NCBI GenBank assembly: GCA_025061115.1
Contig: JANZKC010000001.1
Location: 1 to 64,000 of the forward strand
Source of the DNA: Candidatus Culexmicrobium cathedralense
GTDB taxonomy: Archaea > Thermoproteota > Methanomethylicia > Culexarchaeales > Culexmicrobiaceae
Reading direction: 5' to 3'
Length of the DNA: 64,000 nt
The notes under the pieces are model-generated. The model had not been told where the DNA came from, did not search any database, and saw nothing but the letters and a program-made list of their open reading frames with translations. Positions 60,296 through 64,000 of this stretch are shown here, one piece after another; within the stretch, counting starts at the first letter, position 1, and every line of letters begins with the position of its first letter. The position numbers were made by a program, and so were the translations under genes.

Positions 60296-61258
60296 ATGGT
60301 GAGTGAATTGAAGCTGATCGATGTCTTAAAGGCAACAAAAAGGTTGAAGCAAGTTGCCTTTAGGACTCCGTTGATTCGCTCAAAAATACTAAGCGACATT
60401 GCAGGATGCGATGTTTACTTAAAGTTGGAGAATCTGCAATTCACCAATTCCTTCAAGTTTAGAGCTGCCTACAACCTGATCAGCTTACTATCCGCTGAAG
60501 AGCGGAGAAGAGGGATCATTACCGCTTCTTCAGGTAATTTTGGAATTGCGGTTGCATGTGCTTCTAAAATGTTGGGCTTGAAGTCCACCATAATCATGCC
60601 AAAGAATACTCCTAAGTGGAAGGTTGAGCGCTGCAAAAATTTTGGAGGTAAAGTTGTTCTTGCCGGTGATAATTATGATGATGCTGAGGAGCACTGCTTA
60701 AGAATAGCTGATGAGAAGGATCTTACTTTCATTTCTGGTTATTATGATTTTAGAGTTATTGCTGGCAATGCAACTATCGCTTATGAAATTCTTGAAGATA
60801 ACCCCAATATTAACGTAATTTTAGTACCTATCGGTGGTGGAGGATTAATTTCTGGCGTTGCTTATTGGGCAAAATCTTTGAATCCAAACATGAGAATTAT
60901 TGGCGTGCAGACTACTAAGGCGAAAACAATGTATGAAAGTTTTAAGGCAGGTAGGGTTGTTGAAGTTCCTTGTGAACCTTGCTTAGCAGAGGCCTTGGCT
61001 GGCAAGATATCAGAGGTAACGTTGAATTTTGTTTTAAAGTATGTTGACGACATTGTTTTGGTTGATGATGATAAGTTGATGGATGCAGTTATTTGGACAT
61101 TAAAGTATGAGCATCAAGTTGTCGAGCCGTCTGGAGTTGTGGGAATTGCAGCAATTATTCAAAACAAATTGGAATTTAATAGCGAAGATAAAGTTGCTAT
61201 TGTTGTTTCTGGCGGCAACATTGATATTACAAATATTTTCTCAAAAGGGGTAAAGTGA
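60296..61258 (+). CDS. PLP-dependent threonine/serine dehydratase (catalytic domain only)
   Basis: KLENLQ..SFK.R, SSGN, PIGGGGL, VEPSG, SGGN. Confidence 0.88.
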   Translation: MVSELKLIDVLKATKRLKQVAFRTPLIRSKILSDIAGCDVYLKLENLQFTNSFKFRAAYNLISLLSAEERRRGIITASSGNFGIAVACASKMLGLKSTIIMPKNTPKWKVERCKNFGGKVVLAGDNYDDAEEHCLRIADEKDLTFISGYYDFRVIAGNATIAYEILEDNPNINVILVPIGGGGLISGVAYWAKSLNPNMRIIGVQTTKAKTMYESFKAGRVVEVPCEPCLAEALAGKISEVTLNFVLKYVDDIVLVDDDKLMDAVIWTLKYEHQVVEPSGVVGIAAIIQNKLEFNSEDKVAIVVSGGNIDITNIFSKGVK

Positions 61259-61381
61259 TGAAAAACCTAATTACATAATATCTTTAGTTTCAACTCATAA
61301 TAGGGCTTAAAGACGTGTGCTGATAAACATTAACGTTAAAATCTATTATTATAATAAAATAAATAATATTAAAAATGGAGA

Positions 61382-62125
61382 TTAATTTCTATTCTCTTCA
61401 ACATCTATTGTTTCTTTTAGAGTTTTTAGTATTCTCTCAGTTACTTTTTCTATGAGTTGCTTTGCGAATTCAGCTGATGATTTTGTTGGATCACCTATAC
61501 CTCCAGTGTTTGTTATTTCATTAAAGTACCTGAAACTTGATATTGGAGGTCTACTTCTAATCTTTGGTTTAACAATTTTTTGCTTTCTTACGAGTTCTGG
61601 TCTGTAGTAGAGTATTATGCTTGTCTCGTGTTCACATGCGTGGCCCCAGCCAGGCGTAGTCCATGCATCTATAAGGTCTCTTGCATATGAAGTCCAGTGA
61701 ACAAGATATGTTTTCATTCCTGTCTCTCTTCTTATGATTTGCATTGCTATTGAAAGTGCTGATAAGTTTCCTCCGTGGAAGTTCATTATTAGAAATCTTT
61801 TAGCTCCATGTCTATAAACGCTTAGACCTATGTCTTTAATTAATTGGATATATGTTTCAGGCTTGATCGTTATTGTTCCAGGAAACTTCATGTGGTGTTC
61901 CGAGCATCCGTACGGGAGTGTTGGTAGTTTAATTAATTTCAAGCCATACTTATCTGAGCTTTTTAGTACTTCATCTACTAGATATGTTGCTCTTAATGAA
62001 TCTACGTTTAATGGTAGGTGCAAGCCGTGCTGTTCCAGACTTCCTGTCGGCAATATCACGTAGTCTGCTTCTTTAAATGCTTTTTCCGCTTCTTCCCAGG
62101 TTAGTTCCTCTAATTTCCAATACAT
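61382..62125 (-). CDS. Creatininase-family amidohydrolase
   Basis: GSLEQHG.HLPL..D, SEHH..FPGT, NFHGGN, GHACEHET. Confidence 0.92.
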   Translation of the reverse strand: MYWKLEELTWEEAEKAFKEADYVILPTGSLEQHGLHLPLNVDSLRATYLVDEVLKSSDKYGLKLIKLPTLPYGCSEHHMKFPGTITIKPETYIQLIKDIGLSVYRHGAKRFLIMNFHGGNLSALSIAMQIIRRETGMKTYLVHWTSYARDLIDAWTTPGWGHACEHETSIILYYRPELVRKQKIVKPKIRSRPPISSFRYFNEITNTGGIGDPTKSSAEFAKQLIEKVTERILKTLKETIDVEENRN

Positions 62126-62181
62126 ATTCTCACCACTATTTTAAGGATAAAAATAAATAAAAATAAATAATTTATTTCAGG

Positions 62182-62856
62182 TCATTTTGACTTCATTTTC
62201 TCCATGTATATTGCTATTCCTAGAAGGATGATTGCTACCGGTATCATGTAGTATGCAGGTTCGGTGAAGAATAGGAATTGCAGCCTTCCTATTAGCAGTG
62301 AGATTCTTGCCATTACGGTTGTTCCGAAGGCAGCTCCGAAGGCAATCATTAATACGTATCTGCCTATTTTAGCTGAAATTCCAACTATACCTTTGTGTTC
62401 AACTGTTGCGAAGAAGTATGATAATGCGGTTGCCAATCCAAATACTAGCACTATATTGCTAAATGTTGTTTGCGGATCCCCAGTCACTAGCGGAACTATT
62501 GTATATCTTATCTGCTCCATAAATCTCGTCTTTAACATGTATACTAAGGACACGCCTATTCCTGATCCAACTGTTATTGCCATTGGATATCTGTAAACCC
62601 AGAAGTACTTTCTTGAGAAGTAGAATAGGAAAAGCAGTCCCAGAAGTATTGGTAGGTACCATTCAAACCTTCCTTCGGAAATTGGCTTTTCAACTATTCT
62701 TCTAATTGAATCCATTGAGAATACGAATCCGTAGCCAGCTGCCATTCCAATGAATAAATGCTCTGCTATTCTATATGCCCTGTTTTCCCTCCATAGGTAG
62801 CTGAATAGGGCGAGCGTCATTCCAGCAGCAATTAGAGTTATTATAGTCTCCTTCAC
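62182..62856 (-). CDS. Conserved hypothetical membrane protein
   Basis: FSYLWREN..YR.AEHLFIG; MIAFGAAFGTTVMAR. Confidence 0.7.
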   Translation of the reverse strand: MKETIITLIAAGMTLALFSYLWRENRAYRIAEHLFIGMAAGYGFVFSMDSIRRIVEKPISEGRFEWYLPILLGLLFLFYFSRKYFWVYRYPMAITVGSGIGVSLVYMLKTRFMEQIRYTIVPLVTGDPQTTFSNIVLVFGLATALSYFFATVEHKGIVGISAKIGRYVLMIAFGAAFGTTVMARISLLIGRLQFLFFTEPAYYMIPVAIILLGIAIYMEKMKSK

Positions 62857-63680
62857 TTTTCACTCCTCCTTTGCGCGAAGAAGTATCCGATGTTGCCTAG
62901 AATGACGAATATTATAATTAGCATGTGTCCTAGAGATTGTGCATCCATTGCTTTAACTGCACTTCCAGGTCTGCCAATAAGCAGTTCATATTCTGCGCCG
63001 CCTCTAAGCCCATTTAGGAAGCCTATAACTTTCTCTGGCCAGTAGGCGTAAACTCTGCTGGATAGTACTGCTGTGACTAGACCCGCTATTGGCGTGCCAT
63101 ATGGGTCTGTTATTAGCATGACGTAGCCGTCAACTGATGAGCCAGTTGCAACAGCATATAGTGCAAAGTCAGCTGCAGTTTTAACGCCCTCCATTATTGG
63201 AAGCTTAGTTAAGTCGTTTCCATACACGTCCGTTTTCATGTAATATACGTCTTCGGTGAATGATCTTAAACCAACGGAGCCGCCTGGCCTATATCCTAGA
63301 TTAACGAATTTCTTTCCGTAGTCCGGGTGGTCTTTCGTGCCTCCAAAAACTTCTTTCATAGTTATTTCTATGAATTGAACTCCTTCAACTCTTGATGCTA
63401 TGAATATTATTCTTGCTCCCTTCTCAGCTAGATGCCTCGTAACTGCTATAAACTGGGGTAGGCATTCCGCTGCTGTTGAAGGATTCATATCTGAATCCAT
63501 AACCACTACGCTTCCAGGAGATATCCTCTCTTCAATGAAGTCATATAGAGTTTTTGTTTCTGGGCTAATTGATATTGGTAATCTAATTGGCTTGAGTAGT
63601 GGGACACTAACTACAATGAACATTAGCAAGTATAGAATTCTTGGATCAATTTCCTGCAATTTAATTAGTGCTTTACTCAC
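62853..63680 (-). CDS. Conserved hypothetical membrane-anchored protein
   Basis: YG..FVNLGY.PG, GLRGGAEYE, MDAQSLGH; overlaps both neighbours. Confidence 0.7.
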   Translation of the reverse strand: MSKALIKLQEIDPRILYLLMFIVVSVPLLKPIRLPISISPETKTLYDFIEERISPGSVVVMDSDMNPSTAAECLPQFIAVTRHLAEKGARIIFIASRVEGVQFIEITMKEVFGGTKDHPDYGKKFVNLGYRPGGSVGLRSFTEDVYYMKTDVYGNDLTKLPIMEGVKTAADFALYAVATGSSVDGYVMLITDPYGTPIAGLVTAVLSSRVYAYWPEKVIGFLNGLRGGAEYELLIGRPGSAVKAMDAQSLGHMLIIIFVILGNIGYFFAQRRSEK

Positions 63681-64000
63681 CTTCCCTCACCCTCCCCATC
63701 CAACCTCGCTCATAGCCTAATAGCGTTCTAATGTATAGTGCCACTGTTGCTAGAGTTGCGGATATCATGATCACTCTAGCTCCAGCCTTATTTGGAACGT
63801 CAAGTAGCCAGTGAGCTAGCGGCGGAAGGCCGCTCCAGATAAGTTCACCTAATGGTATTTTGCCGAGCATCACTATTATTCCTGCGGTTAATAGCAACGT
63901 TGATTCAAGAGTTCTAGCTCTAAATGCTCTGTAGGCTGCAGAAGCTATGAAGAAGCATAGCAGTGAAAATATGGTTGCATCTCCTGGAGTTAGGAATGCG
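63673..64000 (-). CDS. Conserved hypothetical membrane protein, C-terminal part (5' end outside window)
   Basis: Frame is open to the window edge (FFIASAAYRAFRARTLESTLLL...VPN.AGAR...R.LLG.ER). Confidence 0.7.
   Translation of the reverse strand, partial: AFLTPGDATIFSLLCFFIASAAYRAFRARTLESTLLLTAGIIVMLGKIPLGELIWSGLPPLAHWLLDVPNKAGARVIMISATLATVALYIRTLLGYERGWMGRVREGE

Noticed and set aside
62145-62178. AATAA tandem repeats (similar AT runs at 60210-60250 and 12150-12190)
   Set aside because: Low-complexity intergenic sequence, compatible with U-rich terminators; not a distinct element
1-64000. CRISPR array, tRNA, rRNA, integrase or transposase
   Set aside because: No regularly spaced repeats, cloverleafs or recombinase/transposase motifs seen by eye; short degenerate elements could have been missed

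Overview
Archaeal genomic DNA. It is AT-rich, has GGTGA/GGAGG ribosome-binding sites and TATA/BRE promoters, and carries a single-OB SSB, HerA/NurA and an H/ACA-type RNA; a thermophilic anaerobic TACK-type host is an inference. 1-11.9 kb: housekeeping and stress genes (desulfoferrodoxin, rubrerythrin, a deleted VIT1 fusion, transporters, DUF3604, nitroreductase, a NurA-HerA pair). About 12-46 kb: a mosaic defence/accessory island with no recognisable integrase and many pseudogenes. It contains (i) an ssb / two unknown ORFs / C5-methyltransferase / Mig-like glycosylase / EVE-Zn-PD-(D/E)XK nuclease module, (ii) a Panacea-like + PIN + TGT-like three-gene operon, (iii) a 1314-aa RecD-like helicase-nuclease, (iv) an EVE + Zn-ribbon UPF1-like helicase operon, (v) VapBC pairs, matrixin-like proteases, an NPP1/Vps62-like remnant and pilin-like genes, and (vi) two diverged copies of a non-coding cassette holding a box H/ACA guide-like RNA (predicted target 23S helix 69) and a K-turn hairpin. 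46.5-64 kb: metabolic and membrane genes. Across host-like DNA there is a kb-scale sawtooth G+T versus A+C strand skew that does not follow gene orientation. All family calls are by motif recognition; no searches were run.
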